Of a stretch of DNA of 64,000 nucleotides, positions 38,201 to 50,965 are shown piece by piece. This DNA comes from Cystobasidiomycetes sp. EMM_F5. Lineage: Eukaryota. Positions within the stretch are counted from its first letter, which is position 1, and every line of letters starts with the position of its first letter. Under the pieces are notes generated by a model, which was not told where the DNA came from, searched no databases, and saw only the letters and a program-made list of their open reading frames with translations. The stretch lies in NCBI GenBank assembly GCA_051047955.1, contig JBPGPT010000001.1, forward strand, positions 62,001-126,000. Reading direction: 5' to 3'. The translations under genes and the position numbers were made by a program.

Positions 38201-40696
38201 CCACACCCATCTGGGTCGTCTCCTGAGGCCGCGCAGTACGTCAATGGTCTCCGCACCGCCCTAGATGACCTACAAGAGCTATACGACTTCAAACAGGAAT
38301 TATATGGAGTGGGTCCCGCCTTAATCTCGCTAATCGCAGCCTCATCCGCTTCTCCGGCGGGATTATTGTCGTCGTTTTCAACAAGCGCAAGCGCAACCCC
38401 GCCCATGCAACCTCTTGGTGCTAGTCTACTATCAGAATTCGAACAGGCGATCCAGTCCGCTTCGGCTCGTACCTGCACTGCGCTGGATCTGCTGCATGAC
38501 ATCGAAGACGATGTTTCCCATATAATTACACTGTTCACGCGATTAGATCGCTTGGCGCACAGTCAAGCACTGGCACCAGCTGATCTGCGACGGACCAATC
38601 TTGCTCTCAGGGCGGCTCTTGTTGATAATTTGATGTCGGCGACCACCACTTCGTCAGCACCTACTCCGAACGGTGTCTACGCTTATCGTGGCGAAGACGA
38701 CCAAGCAGAGGAGCTTGAGCAACCCAACGACACCGCTTCATCTATGCACAATGTCGACTCATCTACACACCTCTCTAATCGTAGCAGTCGCGATCGCAAT
38801 ACCTTTACGACTACTTCATCCATGCCACAGCGTTACTCAGATAGCGGGGCCTCTCAAACTACGATCAGTCGGGGGTCGCGGTCGAATTCTATGGCAGATT
38901 CTGTAGCGCCAGACAGAGAGTCTGTCAATAGCGCGCAAAGCAGTCCAGCTCGGAGGAGAGACGGTGCTAAAGACTTGCGGCAAGCCATACAAGATGCAGG
39001 TTTGGCATCACCCGGATCGGCACATTCGCCTTCAAAGTCAAAGTTGAAGCAGTTCTTCGGAACCGACGCTCCCGGCAACAATCTTCACCGCCCTCCAACC
39101 GGCAATCGGGAGGCACCACCGTCCCTACAGCCAGATTATCGGTATACTGACATATCCTACACGAGCGATGGATCAGTCAGGGGTGGTACTCTCCACGCTC
39201 TCATCTGCAGACTTACGAACCACATGTCGGGGGACGCTGGCTTCAACAACAGCTTCCTTATGACGTATCGAACATTTACTACATCCTCGGAACTCCTGAC
39301 CAGGTTGAAATCGCGGTTCACTATGGAAGCGCCGGTCGAGCTTACACCGACAGAGCAGCAGATTTGGATTGAGCAAAAACAGAAGCTCGTGCGTATCAGG
39401 TGCGGATGCAGATGAGGTGTCGTAGCTGGTATGACCGGCTGACACCATTTCTGAACAGGGTCGTTAATGTTCTACGTTCTTGGATCACCGATTATTTATA
39501 TGACGACGAGGAGGGCATTCTACTCGACCAAATCTCTGCCTTTGCAGCGACTATGAACTCAGACATATCTGGACAGCTGATGAAGCTGATCGAGCGACGG
39601 GTGAGTTTGCACGAATGGCGAGCGTGTTATAAATTCCACAACGACGTAGAGCTGAGCCGTCACCTGCTTGCAGCGTATCACCGGTATGCCACGACGTTTG
39701 ACGGCATCAATGTCTGCCGGTAACGCACCAAGCCCAATAGTACCAAGAAGCTTGAAGAAGATCAAATTCCTCGACCTGGATCCTTTAGAGATTGCGCGAC
39801 AATTTACAATCATAGATAGTCGCCTATTCTCCAAGATCACGGCAGAGGAATGCCTGAGTAAAGCCTGGCCTAAAAAATTCAACAAGGACATGCCTACATT
39901 CAAGGCAATCGCAGATATGAGCAACGCTGTGACTGCATGGGTCGCGATGACTACTGTTTTACAGCCGGACGTCAGGCGCCGGGTTTCCATCGTCAAGCAC
40001 TTTATCGCAATTGCGGACAAGTGTCGGCAGCTATCTAATTTTACGACTCTGATGCACATTGTAGCTGGCCTCAACTGTAGCGCAGTATACCGGCTCAAGA
40101 GGACTTGGGAGCTCGTCAGCCAACGCTCAATCTCCACCCTTACATTCCTAGGCAATCTAATGAGCCCGGAGAACAACCACGCTCTGTATCGAGACGCGCT
40201 TCGATTGGTGGGATCGCCCTGCGTCCCGTTTTTGGGTGAGACTTGCCGGTCTTCCGCTGTGCATCGCAATTCTGACTGCACATGCTTCCAGGCGTGTACT
40301 TTACGGACTGGGTCATGAGCGGCGAGGCAAACAGTGACATGCTACGAGACAAGCCAGACCAGATCAACTTTGCTAAACGCGCTCGCGTTGCCGAATCTAT
40401 TCAGCAGATCCAGCTGCAACAAGCCACACCATACAATCTGTCAGCCGTCCCGGAGCTTGTCAAGTGGTTAGAGACCGAGCTGGGCGCGGTCAAACGAATC
40501 ATGGCGACAGGTGCTGCGTCTGAGGGAGCCTCATCTGACATCATGACAAAGGCGTACGAGCTTAGTCTGCGCATCGAGCCTCGGGAGCGCGAGGATGAAA
40601 GAAGTGAGTACTTTTTGCGAACAACGTCGGTCAAACTGACGGTGCAGCTCTTGCGCTCAAGTCGCACGACTACTCAGTGAATCGGGATTCCTGTAG
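35287..40696 (+). CDS. CDC25: Ras GEF, Cdc25/Ste6-type (SH3, WW, RasGEF-N, RasGEF catalytic)
   Basis: SH3 (ANYGY..QLAFNKGD..SGWWEG..RGWFP), WW (W..GRIFYYNTRTG), VRGGTL..FLMTYRTFTT, LDLDPLEIARQFT, PCVPFLG, INFAKR; ends IARLLSESGFL*. Confidence 0.93.
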
Positions 40697-41451
40697 CCAG
40701 CGGCACAGTCGTATTACGCTTGCGATACAGGATGAGTTCTACACAGTGTGCACGTACAGTCTCGTATTCTACTCGTTCTATGCTGTACCATGGCGGTTCT
40801 TGGAGATGCTGGGGGGAAGGTTGCAGTGCTAGGTTTTCGTTGTGATATTTCGAGGGGCAGGAGCGTCGTTCACAAAATCCAGCGTGACATCGTGTCCCTC
40901 TGCAGAACGCAATTGCCGTTGCCATTACAATTTGACACCGCCGCTGGCAGTTTGTGCCTCGATTGCCAATCCGGGGCAAGCTTCCGCAAGCAAACGCAAT
41001 TGACGCTTAGGACTCGAAAAGCAGCCGTACTCGAGGCTGAACACCACTTCTGATGGCTACGAGAGGAAGGACTGAGTGTGGATCTGCTGAGCATTCCAGA
41101 TTCAATAAACTAAGCGACTTCAAGGCACCACTGCAGCTGATGGTGATGACAAGACATATCACAATTTACCGATGCCGCATTATGCATCCTTCCTCCTTCC
41201 TTATTTGACATAGAAGCGCGGTTATGTCGTCAAGCCTCGGACATGCTAACCTTAGGCCGCTGTACGTAGCGAGATCGTGAACGCTATAACCCGGGCATGA
41301 AAATTTTCTGCCTCAAATGGCATAGCCTGTAAAGACAGAGCCTGGCTCCGTTTCTCTCTTCTCCAGCGTATCCTTCATCCTTTGCCTTTCACAACTCTCT
41401 CCTCCATACAGACACCTTTCAGCTCGGGCACGTCTGCTCATCTCGCGAGAG

Positions 41452-41949
41452 ATGGCCATCATGTCATCACTTTACCGCGCGCTATTGGCCTTTTGCGCAA
41501 TTACGATACTGTGTCTAAGTACAGTCTCGTCAGTCGAAGTTGGACCCCATGGGCAGAATCGACACCTCAATAAACGTACCGTCAGTCCAGCCGAAGCAGC
41601 CGCTACGAAAGCAGTGATGAAAGCGCGGCAGTTCAACCCACATACTCCACCTACTCGTACAAAGGAGCGCCGTTTAGTGTCCCCCCCTCCCAATAACTGC
41701 CAAACATCTTTGGTGTACGCCGCTTGCATCAACCCGATCAACGTTCAATACTCGACTTGCAAATTGGCCTGTGGCATGATACCCACGACGGCATGCCTCA
41801 ACGACTGTGCACTCATCTACAACGCCCAGGTCAGATGCTGCGATGGAAACTACTACTGCCAACCGGACAGCTTTCCCTTCCGTATTGGCCTCTTCGAAGT
41901 TTGCTGCGCCGTGCACGTCGGCGTCAATTGTCTCGTCACTTCCGTTTAG
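41452..41949 (+). CDS. Small secreted cysteine-rich protein precursor (intronless)
   Basis: Hydrophobic signal peptide, dibasic sites LNKR and KERR, 12 Cys in the final ~90 aa; upstream CT-rich tract. Confidence 0.7.
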   Translation: MAIMSSLYRALLAFCAITILCLSTVSSVEVGPHGQNRHLNKRTVSPAEAAATKAVMKARQFNPHTPPTRTKERRLVSPPPNNCQTSLVYAACINPINVQYSTCKLACGMIPTTACLNDCALIYNAQVRCCDGNYYCQPDSFPFRIGLFEVCCAVHVGVNCLVTSV

Positions 41950-42468
41950 TACCATCGGCCCGCGAACCATATATGAGTCAGGCACAACCTGTCTTGTGCG
42001 AGGTCGGACAATTATATCTGACAGCGCACTGCAGGACAGGAAACGTTATAATGCAATTTCATCTAACAACCAAGACTCTTCACGCAAACTCGGAGGAGCA
42101 AGCCGCCAAAGTACATACGTTCTGTATATTTCTTCAGCCCAGAACCTCGGTCCGTCGTGTTCAGTCGAGTAGCGGTGGGAGTCCCGCACTCTAGTCCCAA
42201 TCCTAGTCCGTAGAGAATATAGATGTGGCCTTGTTGAGCTTTCCCAGCCTTATTAGCTGTACGATTCTCGTAATGATATCACTATCATCAACCTCAATTG
42301 GGATTCCATCACGTCTTGCTGCGAAGGCGTACAGGCATCACGTCATCTTGGAGTGGCGCGCAGTTCTAGAGGGCTTCAGCATCCTCAAGCTTGACCATCA
42401 CACCAGAACATAAACTACTTCTGCTTCGTTCGTTCCTGCTCTCTATAAGCCCATCCAGCTACCGCATC

Positions 42469-43470
42469 ATGTCTGCAAGCGTCAGTATTGACTATGTCCA
42501 AAGTGCACCGGGTCGTCGGCTAACAACGTTAACGTTACTTCGCATCTTAGAGCAATACTGTCCATACCGCACTTGACGGCCATGCTTCTCATGATCGGTC
42601 AGTGCTATTCGCGGATTGCAGTCGCGCTTCATTGACGTCCATTGACTTTGTCTCCGCCGCGACACTCCAATGCTCGTTTTCCAGCGAGAAGAGCCAGTCA
42701 AGCGCAGCGAAGCATGCTGCTTCTCACGCAAAGGACTTTAAAGGAGAAGAACCACTGGGCATTGCGCACGAGAATGCCCCTGCGGATAGTCACGGCGCTT
42801 TGACAGCGGGGACAGCTGCGTATGAGCACGGCAGCGACAACTTTATAGCAAGCCTCGACCAAGCAAGCGAGCATCAAGCGCAGGGCACCGATAACGTTGG
42901 AAAAGGTGCTGGGCGGCATCAGTCTGCTAGTTCTGCTTCCACTACGGGCGGATCGCATGACAACACCAAGTCTGGAAGCAGCTCATCTGACTCGGCAGGG
43001 TCGGCAACGCTGACCAAGGCGAATGCACCATCTCACCCGGCCGCTGTAAGCTCAGAAGCTTGTTTTAGGCGTATGGTCTTGCTGACGATTGTGTGGCTTG
43101 ACGGCGTTGGACTTGTTTGTCGTAAGTCTGACGCAAGCCGCACACATACAACTGACAGAATACACGACGGACACGCTTCCCACGATCGGTGCGGTACAAC
43201 CCCTCTCTGCTGCTGATCTCCTCTGACTCCCCATGTATAATCATCCATAGCGAGCAAGGCCAGTCCGGCGTGATGAAGCACGGATTCTCGCATGCCAACG
43301 ATTTCGCCGGCGATGTTCCTCCTGGTGTCGCACATCATGCTGCTCCTGCCGATAGTCATGGCTCCCTGACTGCTGGCACTGCTGCGTACGAACATGGCAG
43401 CGATAATTTCATTGCGTCTCTCGAGCAAGCAAAGGCAGCTCAGGAGGAGCATAGCTCAACCGCAATCTGA
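42469..43470 (+). CDS. His-rich hydrophilic two-repeat protein, unknown function
   Basis: Five exons join in frame; two copies of DGHASHDR...KH..SH..DF.G..P.G.AH..APADSHG.LTAGTAAYEHGSDNFIASL.QA. Confidence 0.75.
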
Positions 43471-43646
43471 ACAATGAAAACGTAGTGTCCATTTTGCAGA
43501 GACCCTGTGATGAGTCCAAATTAGCAGTCGCAAAATTGAAACTCCAAATGCAGCTTAAGTACGCACCAACGGTATTTCAGTGATGCGGATCAGGTTGACG
43601 GTGTAGAAGAATGTGCTCTGTCTCGACGGCGTTTCTTCCCATCAAA

Positions 43647-44387
43647 TCAATCATGACCGTCATCCATCAAAGTTGCATTATTCGTTGACTCGTTGGCTAA
43701 AATCAGACTTCTCCACACTCGCAGGCGGACGCGTTCTAAGTAGATTTCCCATCCGTCGCCCTTCTTTCCTCCCACTTCTCTAGTGCCAGCAGATTCATCC
43801 ATGTCTGATAATGTCCATGGGTCGAGACGCGACCAATTCCATCCATCCTTTATGGCTGGCTTCTTGTGCGGGGCAAGAACCACTAGATATTTACTCCGTC
43901 GGGACAAAGTTGTGAGCAAGGACCAGAGCTGAGACGATTCGTTGAGAAGATGCAGGGCGAATGAGCTAATGACCATATCAAACACGGGCGGGTCGTCTGG
44001 GAGATTCCCGTTGGCGACATCTGCAAAGGAGAGCGGAAGGCAAGTGTCTGTCCCGATACGATCGGCGTATGCTCTAGAGGTGTACGGATCAGTCGCCGTG
44101 ATGTTGATCTTATGTGGGGCTGTCAGGCCCTTTTCCAGCCTGTCTGTCTGCCACTGAAGCAACACTTCTGAGACTTCCCCGCTTCCTGCGGCCAGATCCA
44201 CTATGTTCCAGGTTGTAACTTCAGAGGTTCTACCGGCAGAAGCCATGTAGATATTCAAGAAGGTCTGCAGAGTCTTCTTGATTCCGGGAAAGTGCGGATT
44301 TCGATAGTCAACCGACGCGTGCTCAGCGTAGTAAGCATCCACGCCAGCGGCATAGTTTGCCCGCATACTGTTGGATAGCGGTAGCAT
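43647..44387 (-). CDS. Putative class I SAM-dependent methyltransferase (intronless)
   Basis: IVDLAAGSGEV motif I, ATDPYT, FDMVISSFALHL; 246-aa ORF. Confidence 0.75.
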   Translation of the reverse strand: MLPLSNSMRANYAAGVDAYYAEHASVDYRNPHFPGIKKTLQTFLNIYMASAGRTSEVTTWNIVDLAAGSGEVSEVLLQWQTDRLEKGLTAPHKINITATDPYTSRAYADRIGTDTCLPLSFADVANGNLPDDPPVFDMVISSFALHLLNESSQLWSLLTTLSRRSKYLVVLAPHKKPAIKDGWNWSRLDPWTLSDMDESAGTREVGGKKGDGWEIYLERVRLRVWRSLILANESTNNATLMDDGHD

Positions 44388-44495
44388 CGTTGGTATCGAG
44401 GTGTATTCGCCCTCTCGGGTACCAACTGGTCAAGCTGAACGTAATGTACAAATGAATTGCAGGTTGCAACCGCACCACTGACAAACACTGCAACC

Positions 44496-47338
44496 ATGGA
44501 TTCCGGGCTCAAGAAGCGGCTGGAGATGTTTGAGGATGTGCACAATCGCTCAGCTGGTGATGTCGCAGTAAAGCAAGCGAGGCTCAACTTTTGGCGGATG
44601 GCCCAGTCGTGTCGCGCAATGGCAACAGAGCTGACCGTTGCCCCATCGTTCCGCGGTCGTTCAATACACGCTCTTGTGTGCATGCCCGCACTGCAGCAAG
44701 ATCAACGCATTCACGTCTGGACTGCAGAAGAAATCCAAGCGAGAACGTGAAAAGGAGGCTGCAGACATGTATGCACAAGTCCCGAGCGCCGAGCGAGCAC
44801 ACAAGCTAACGCCGCGTCATACTGCATAGCAAACGACAACAGGAAGAACAAGACGCGGCTCAAGCGTATCGAGATTTCGTAGCCAGCTTTGATGGTGACC
44901 GAACAGCGACCGCTGGTTCTAGCTCAACACGCGAGACAGCCAGACCAGGATTCAGGGGATTCATACGAGCAGGTGGATCTGGTGAGAACGCTTTTGCTAT
45001 AGCCGTTGTTTCTTTTGAATCTGAATCTAACGGCTGCATTGGTAGGATCTCCAGCAGGCCCATCTAATCAATCTGGATATGAAGGCATCCCATCTGGTCC
45101 CAGAGCAGCGCAAGCTCCTCCAGATCATAAACAGGCACATGCATCTCGGCTTGACCATTGATGAGCCAGCAGAGAGCTGACAAGCGTCCCTTCAAAAAGC
45201 CACAAACTGCGGCCATCGCAAGCCAGTCGAGTTCAAACAAGCCTGTGGCTTTCGAGGACGAAGACGACGATGTCAAACCTATTGTCCCACTCAAGAAGAA
45301 GCGAGCTATGGATTCGTACCTAGAGGAACTCAAGCGGTAAATCTGCGTTTACTGCTGCACGTAGCAATATTTTGCTGATTGAGGCGACATATTTCTAGTG
45401 AGCAAGCTGACCGTGAAAGTCGATTACAGTCACGAGTAGCACAAGGCGGTGCGTTCATGTCAAGTGTGAAACCGCTTGTCCTAGCATAGTCTGAGTCCAT
45501 TAACAGTCGCGACATCCGTCAGTGCCGCTGCAGGTGAGGAGTGGCCGCTGTTGAATTTGCAACGACTCCCTGAGTATCATGTGTGCAGCGGAGGATTTGG
45601 GACGCGGATCTGGTACCGGAGGTGGTTCGCACGACAATGGTGACCCCTTGACGACCAATCTTCACGTCGGCAATCTACCTGCCAATGTCACCACTAATTC
45701 CATTGGGCTACACTTTGCTCAGTATGGTCCTGTGGGCAGCGTCAAGATCATGTGGCCTCGGGATGCTATGGGCACGACATTTGGCGAAGGAAGTAATATG
45801 GCTGCTGCGCGCGGTGGTCTGAACGGCTTCATCGCTTTCATGCGTCGAAGCGATGCCGAGAAGGCACTTAAAGAGTGTGATGGGGTAGAATGGGGCGGTA
45901 GCGTTCTACGACTGGGTTGGGGAAAGGCGATGCCCTTACCTCCGCAAGCTTCTTTTGGTGAGGCTTCCCATCGCTATAGAGCTATTTGGCAGAGACACTG
46001 ACCCTTCATCCCCCAAAATCAGTCATCGAGGCCCCATACCAACGCAGTCGAAGATCGATGTCACCTGTCGAAGCTTCAAGTCGAAGGCGTAGATCGCGGT
46101 CCCCGGATGATGCACCGTATCGGCGCGGTTCGGACTATCATAAGCGTAGTCGAAGATCTGCATCGCCAGACTCGCGCTCGCGCTCAAGATCTCCCGATGG
46201 ACACCGGCAGTCTCGAAGACGTTACTCTGACGATCGTAGGTCGAGGTCTCGCAGCAGGGAGCGTGGTCGCACAAGCGACAATAGACGTTATCGTTCCCGT
46301 AGCCGGTCTCGTAGTCCACGAGATCGGAGATGGCCAAAGTTGGAAAGTGAGAAACAGAGGGATCTTCTTGAAAGCATTGCTAGAAAGATGAAACAGCATG
46401 GCAAGCGATTTGAAGATACTTTGAAGGACAAGGAGCGGAATAATCCCGACTACGACTTTCTTCGCGTCGAAAAATTACCATCGTATCACTACTTTCGCAT
46501 GCTCATGGACCGCCATTACAGAGCGCCATCTCCTCCACCAGCCCCTTTCGTTGAAGATGGTGATGCCGAGGTAGTTTCAAGCGACGACTCTGAATACGAG
46601 GACGAAATGAAGAAAAACAAGAGAGGAGTCTTAGGACCACTGCCTCGTCGTCGTCTTGAAGCTATGGTCCGCACCGTGCTCAGCACCCGGGAGAGCATTG
46701 CGCGTGTCATGGCATTCGCTCTGGACCGCTCAGATGCAGCTGAAGAAGTTGTCGAAGTCTTAATACAGTCGCTCACAATACTTTCGACCCCGGTCCCACG
46801 CAAACTGGCTCGACTAAATATCATTTCAGACATTTTGCATAATTGCGCCGGCAGTCTGACCAACGCATGGAAGTATCGCTCACTTTTCGAAACACGCCTG
46901 CCCGAGGTGTTCAGCCATTTAGGCGACATACATGGATCTTTTCCTGGTCGGATGAAAGCTGAAATCTTCCGCAAACAGTTTATGACTGTGGTAGACATAT
47001 GGGAGAATTGGCTTGTGTTTACGCCAACAGTCTTGCAGGACTTCGAAAAACGCTTGTCAAACGTTGAAGAGACAGAACACGCTGCTGTAGAGCCGCCTGA
47101 AGAACTTGAAGTGGCGAGCGAAACTACCCCACGCGAGCAGGTCACTTCTGTCGCTTCTGTGACTGCGATCAAATCAGGCTTTAGACCTGCAGGCTTTGTA
47201 GCGCTGGGTACGATGAACTCTGAAGAACACGTAGACGGTGAGGTCATTGTCCAAGCACCTTCAGTCTCAGCCGCCGAGGATATGGACCTAGACGGTGAAG
47301 CACTGGATGGCGAAGACATGGACGGAGCTCCCATGTAG
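44496..47338 (+). CDS. U2SURP: U2 snRNP-associated SURP-motif protein (SR140): RRM, RS region, SURP, CID
   Basis: AMDSYLEELKR, GSHDNGDPLTTNLHVGNL, SVKIMWPR, LRLGWGK, NNPDYDFL, KLARLNIISDILHN, DLDGEALDG end. Confidence 0.92.
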
Positions 47339-47466
47339 TGCAGTACCTAGTGGTGTGCCATGATGCAGCAAGCAGCAATGATGTCAAGCGCTTCATCTTT
47401 GCTATCATCGTTGACCAGCCTGCTTTTTTCTGATCGCAAGGATCGCTCCGATTCTCTGGTCTCACA

Positions 47467-48790
47467 CTAGCGATACATGCGCTTTGCATTTTCATAGAAT
47501 ATCTTGTCAATGGCTTGATCAGACAGCCCAGCATCGAGGAACACGTCGAGAGCCAACTGGTAGGTAAAGTTCCAGAACCGTGCCTGCACTTCCTCGGCAG
47601 TCCCAGCTTGCAGCACGCCGAGTTTGCAAATTGCTACATTTGCCATCAGCCCTGATTTGAAACTAGGACTGGGTTCTGACTTACGCCAATCGCTGCCCAA
47701 CAACAGTCTATTTTCACCCACAGCTTCCAAAGCTGGCATCAGGAAAGCTGACAGGGCAGCTTTACATTCCTTGTATGCGTCAGAAGCTGCGACGGGTTCA
47801 TTTGCTGCATCAAACGCTTGTTTGACGAGGTCTGCAGGGAGTTGAGAAATGTACCCAGAACATTTAATTGCAACATTCGGATGGAAGGCGATTTCAGACT
47901 GCGAAAGAGTGACTCAGCTTAAATGTCTGCAACCTTTGGGCCTTACTGACGACAAAGCGTTCAAACTCTGCCAGAGCCTCGCGCTTGTGTGGTGACAACA
48001 CAGAGGCAATATCGGCTTTTGCTAAATGATCTATATAATGGCAAGAATAGTGAGTGGTCTTGCGCTGGAAGAACTCTGACAAGACACACCGATTATGAAC
48101 CTGGTCTTCTCGCCTTCCATTTGATCTGCTTCTACCCTTCCGATACAGTCGATAATGTCGGCATACATCTGTTTACCAAATCTAGCGGTGTCGACGGTGA
48201 TTTCGAAAATGAGGCTTTGCTGTCCGAGCCATTTCAGCGAGCGTAGGAACTGATCCTGTAGCAGTGGATCTGATGGTCCTGGTGGAAAATCTTGTAATAG
48301 ATATCGAATGCCTTTGAGCAGACTGAAGTGCTCGCCCATCACGTTTCGCAGCTGCGACACGTATGATTCCACAGACTCGGCACCTTCCGGCATAGGAGCC
48401 CATGCAATTATGGCGGAGACTTGAGGAATATCCTTCAGCTGATCCTCAACTAGCCTGAGATGGGATGCTGTATTACTTAGCTCGAGGGGTCATAGCGGAG
48501 ACGACAAATAGTGTACCATCTGATCTCATCAATTGCGTGCTCCCACTCGCCCTTGGCATGCCGGATCTCTATCTGGACGTAAGTTGCACCCTCCACTTTC
48601 TCCATGCACGCGCTTATTGAATTGGTATATCGTTTTGCGTCATGGTCAGTCTGAACGACCGCCGTCGCTTCAGTCTTGTTCCAGTCGAGTTTATCGAGTA
48701 TGCGCGGAGTAGCCCATAGATGCACATGTGCGTCCCACACAGCTTGCGGTCGACGGCGCGCCATGGATGCGCTGGCCGGGTTGTTTGCCA
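47467..48790 (-). CDS. Amidohydrolase-2 family lactonase (L-rhamnono/L-fucono-lactonase, Lra2-like)
   Basis: VWDAHVHLW, IIAWAP, LKGIRYLLQD, FII|DHLAK, NVAIKCSG, RLLLGSDW, IFYENAKRMY; start uncertain (48764-48845). Confidence 0.82.
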
Positions 48791-49012
48791 TTGCCGCGAG
48801 TAGCGTTTCCCTGCTCAGAACAGGCGGCGGTCTTCGCTTGGACATGGCCAGCGGTGTAAAGGGATTAGCGAAATACGAAATAAAAGTGTCTCAACGGCAG
48901 TCTTGATCCATGCATACGGTAATTGCAGCGCTTGTGTGCGCATCATCCGATCAAGCAACGCGGGCTTTACGCGGCAGCAACGCTGAAGTATTCACGACAA
49001 TCAGACCGCAGA

Positions 49013-49980
49013 ATGCCGCCAAAGAAGGGCAGACCATCGTCTGGGCTGGCTGGTGTTGGTCCAGTAAAGAAAGGGCCCAAAGCTCCGTATGCTCCGCCAG
49101 AAAAAGGCACAACAGCCCTACCAGCTGCGCGTATCCAGAGATTGGTCAAGGTCGACAAGGACGTCAACAAATGCTCAAAGGATGCCGTCTTTGTGCTCAG
49201 TGTTGCGACGGTGAGGCAGAGACCTGGCGTCAATACCGAGAGAGCATGCACTGACTGTTTACTTCGAAGGAGGTCTTTGTTAGGCGGCTCACGGATGCTG
49301 CGTACACTCAGGCAAGGCTCGAAAAACGGAAGCAGGTCATCTATAAGGATATAGGTAGGGCTTCGATAAGAGACGAAGTGGTCCGTGGCACTTTTGCTAA
49401 TTAAACGCGGGATTGCCCCGGCAGCGAACGCCTGTGTCGACTCCAAAAATGCTGGACAACCGTCTGACTTCTTCTTCCTTTCGGGTCCGCAAGACTCTGC
49501 CTGATACGTATGCAGCATAATGCTGATACCGGTCGTCCTGCAGAGGTCATTCCTCAACCTGTCACGCTCAATGTGGCCGCGGAACGGCGTACAAAACGAT
49601 TGAACGACCTCGGTATGCCATATGTTGGTAGTGCTACCATCGCCATGGCCCAAAAGGGACACATGTCTCTGTCTGCCGATATTACCAACCAAGCACTCAA
49701 GGACATGCCTGATTTTGTGCGAAACACCGACAACAGCGATACTCAAGCTCTGGAAGCACTCGCACAATACGACATCAGTAATATCGGTCCACCTGACTCT
49801 CAAACGATGGTCGATGCAATTGCGGAATTGCGCCCAGCTCCTAGCGCTGCTCTGCCAGATCCAGCGCCTCCTACCGGTCTACCGATGATCGTGCTACCCA
49901 ATCAGGGCGCCACAGTCGTGCCATCAGTCTTGGCGCCCGTGGAGTCTTTGTATTCGCCAACGAGGCCACTCGACTTCTGA
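49013..49980 (+). CDS. Histone-fold protein (Dpb3/CHRAC/NF-YC-like)
   Basis: LPAARIQRLVKVDKDVNKCSKDAVFVLSVAT|EVFVRRL...KRKQVIYKDI|ANA...FFFLS|EVIP. Confidence 0.85.
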
Positions 49981-50034
49981 ATGTCAACGGATCTCATACT
50001 GTGACTTTCCCGTCCTTGAGTCAATCCCCGGTAT

Positions 50035-50863
50035 TTACAATTTGCTGGCACTGGCAGAAATTGTACAACGAAGCTTTGTTTTGTTCATCTCGTTTGCAAG
50101 TGCTGCGCGCATTGCTTGACTCAACACTTCTGCATCCTCGTCCTCGAGCTCGTAGCGATTCGACAATTCCCGCAGACCCAGCGGCGTAGAAAAGTCCCCG
50201 TTGCGTGTAGCATTGTCTGTGCTTATCCTAGGTGCCGGTACAACCTAATGTGGAAGAATCAGTCGCGCAACGTCATGAGTGAAAGATTTTACCAATGCTT
50301 ACGTGCCAGTGAGTATGGTCGATTACCTGAGCGTAACCATTGTTCAGACAGATCTGGAAATTTGGCTGCCGTAAGACCATGCATATGGCTCGACAGATAC
50401 GAGGGAGAGCTGCAGCTACGTTGGCAGACGCGTCATCCGGCAAGTCCGTTCTATTATGCGGTGGGGCGAGGATCAGTATATTGCCCAGAGGAATGAGATC
50501 ACAAGCGTACAGTCGCGCACAATGCAGCTTGGGTACGACTAGTGTGTGGCCTCTCCGGATTGGCAGAATATCTGCGTGGATGGGACACCTTAGATATTAG
50601 TTTACTACGTTTACTCTCAGCATATATAAATTCGCAAATGAACCCAAGAATGCAAGAGTGTGTTCATCTTCATAGATCTATCAGTACGCGTCAGTGAGGT
50701 AGATTTTGCGGCCAGTGCCGAAGTCTTGCACCTTGAATGCAGATGCTTCGTTTCGAATGATGGAACAGAATGTGCATCCTTGAATGGAGCGATGACTCGA
50801 AAGTAGAGCTGACTTGGCATAATTCTCGCGATCCTCGAACGAGGAGAGTGTAAACGAGGTCAT
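50035..50863 (-). CDS. HIT (histidine triad) nucleotide-binding hydrolase, Hint-like, with C-terminal PTS1
   Basis: CTFCSII, IYEDEHTLAFL|DILP..GHTLVVPK, NNGYAQVIDHTHWH|VVP, ends ASKL*; missed by the ORF track because of short exons. Confidence 0.9.
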
Positions 50864-50965
50864 GTTCGTACGAATAAGTCGGAAGCCGAAACGTCATCAG
50901 ACAGGGGTGGGAGGGACATCTAAGATTTCGACCAACTAATACTTGCACTGCCGCCTCAATCAGTT

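Noticed and set aside
39559..40281. 240-aa antisense ORF
   Set aside because: Shadow of the RasGEF catalytic exon
46516..47334. 272-aa antisense ORF
   Set aside because: Shadow of the U2SURP CID exon; low-complexity translation
48967..49803. 278-aa antisense ORF over the histone-fold gene
   Set aside because: No recognisable domain; the plus-strand spliced gene explains the region
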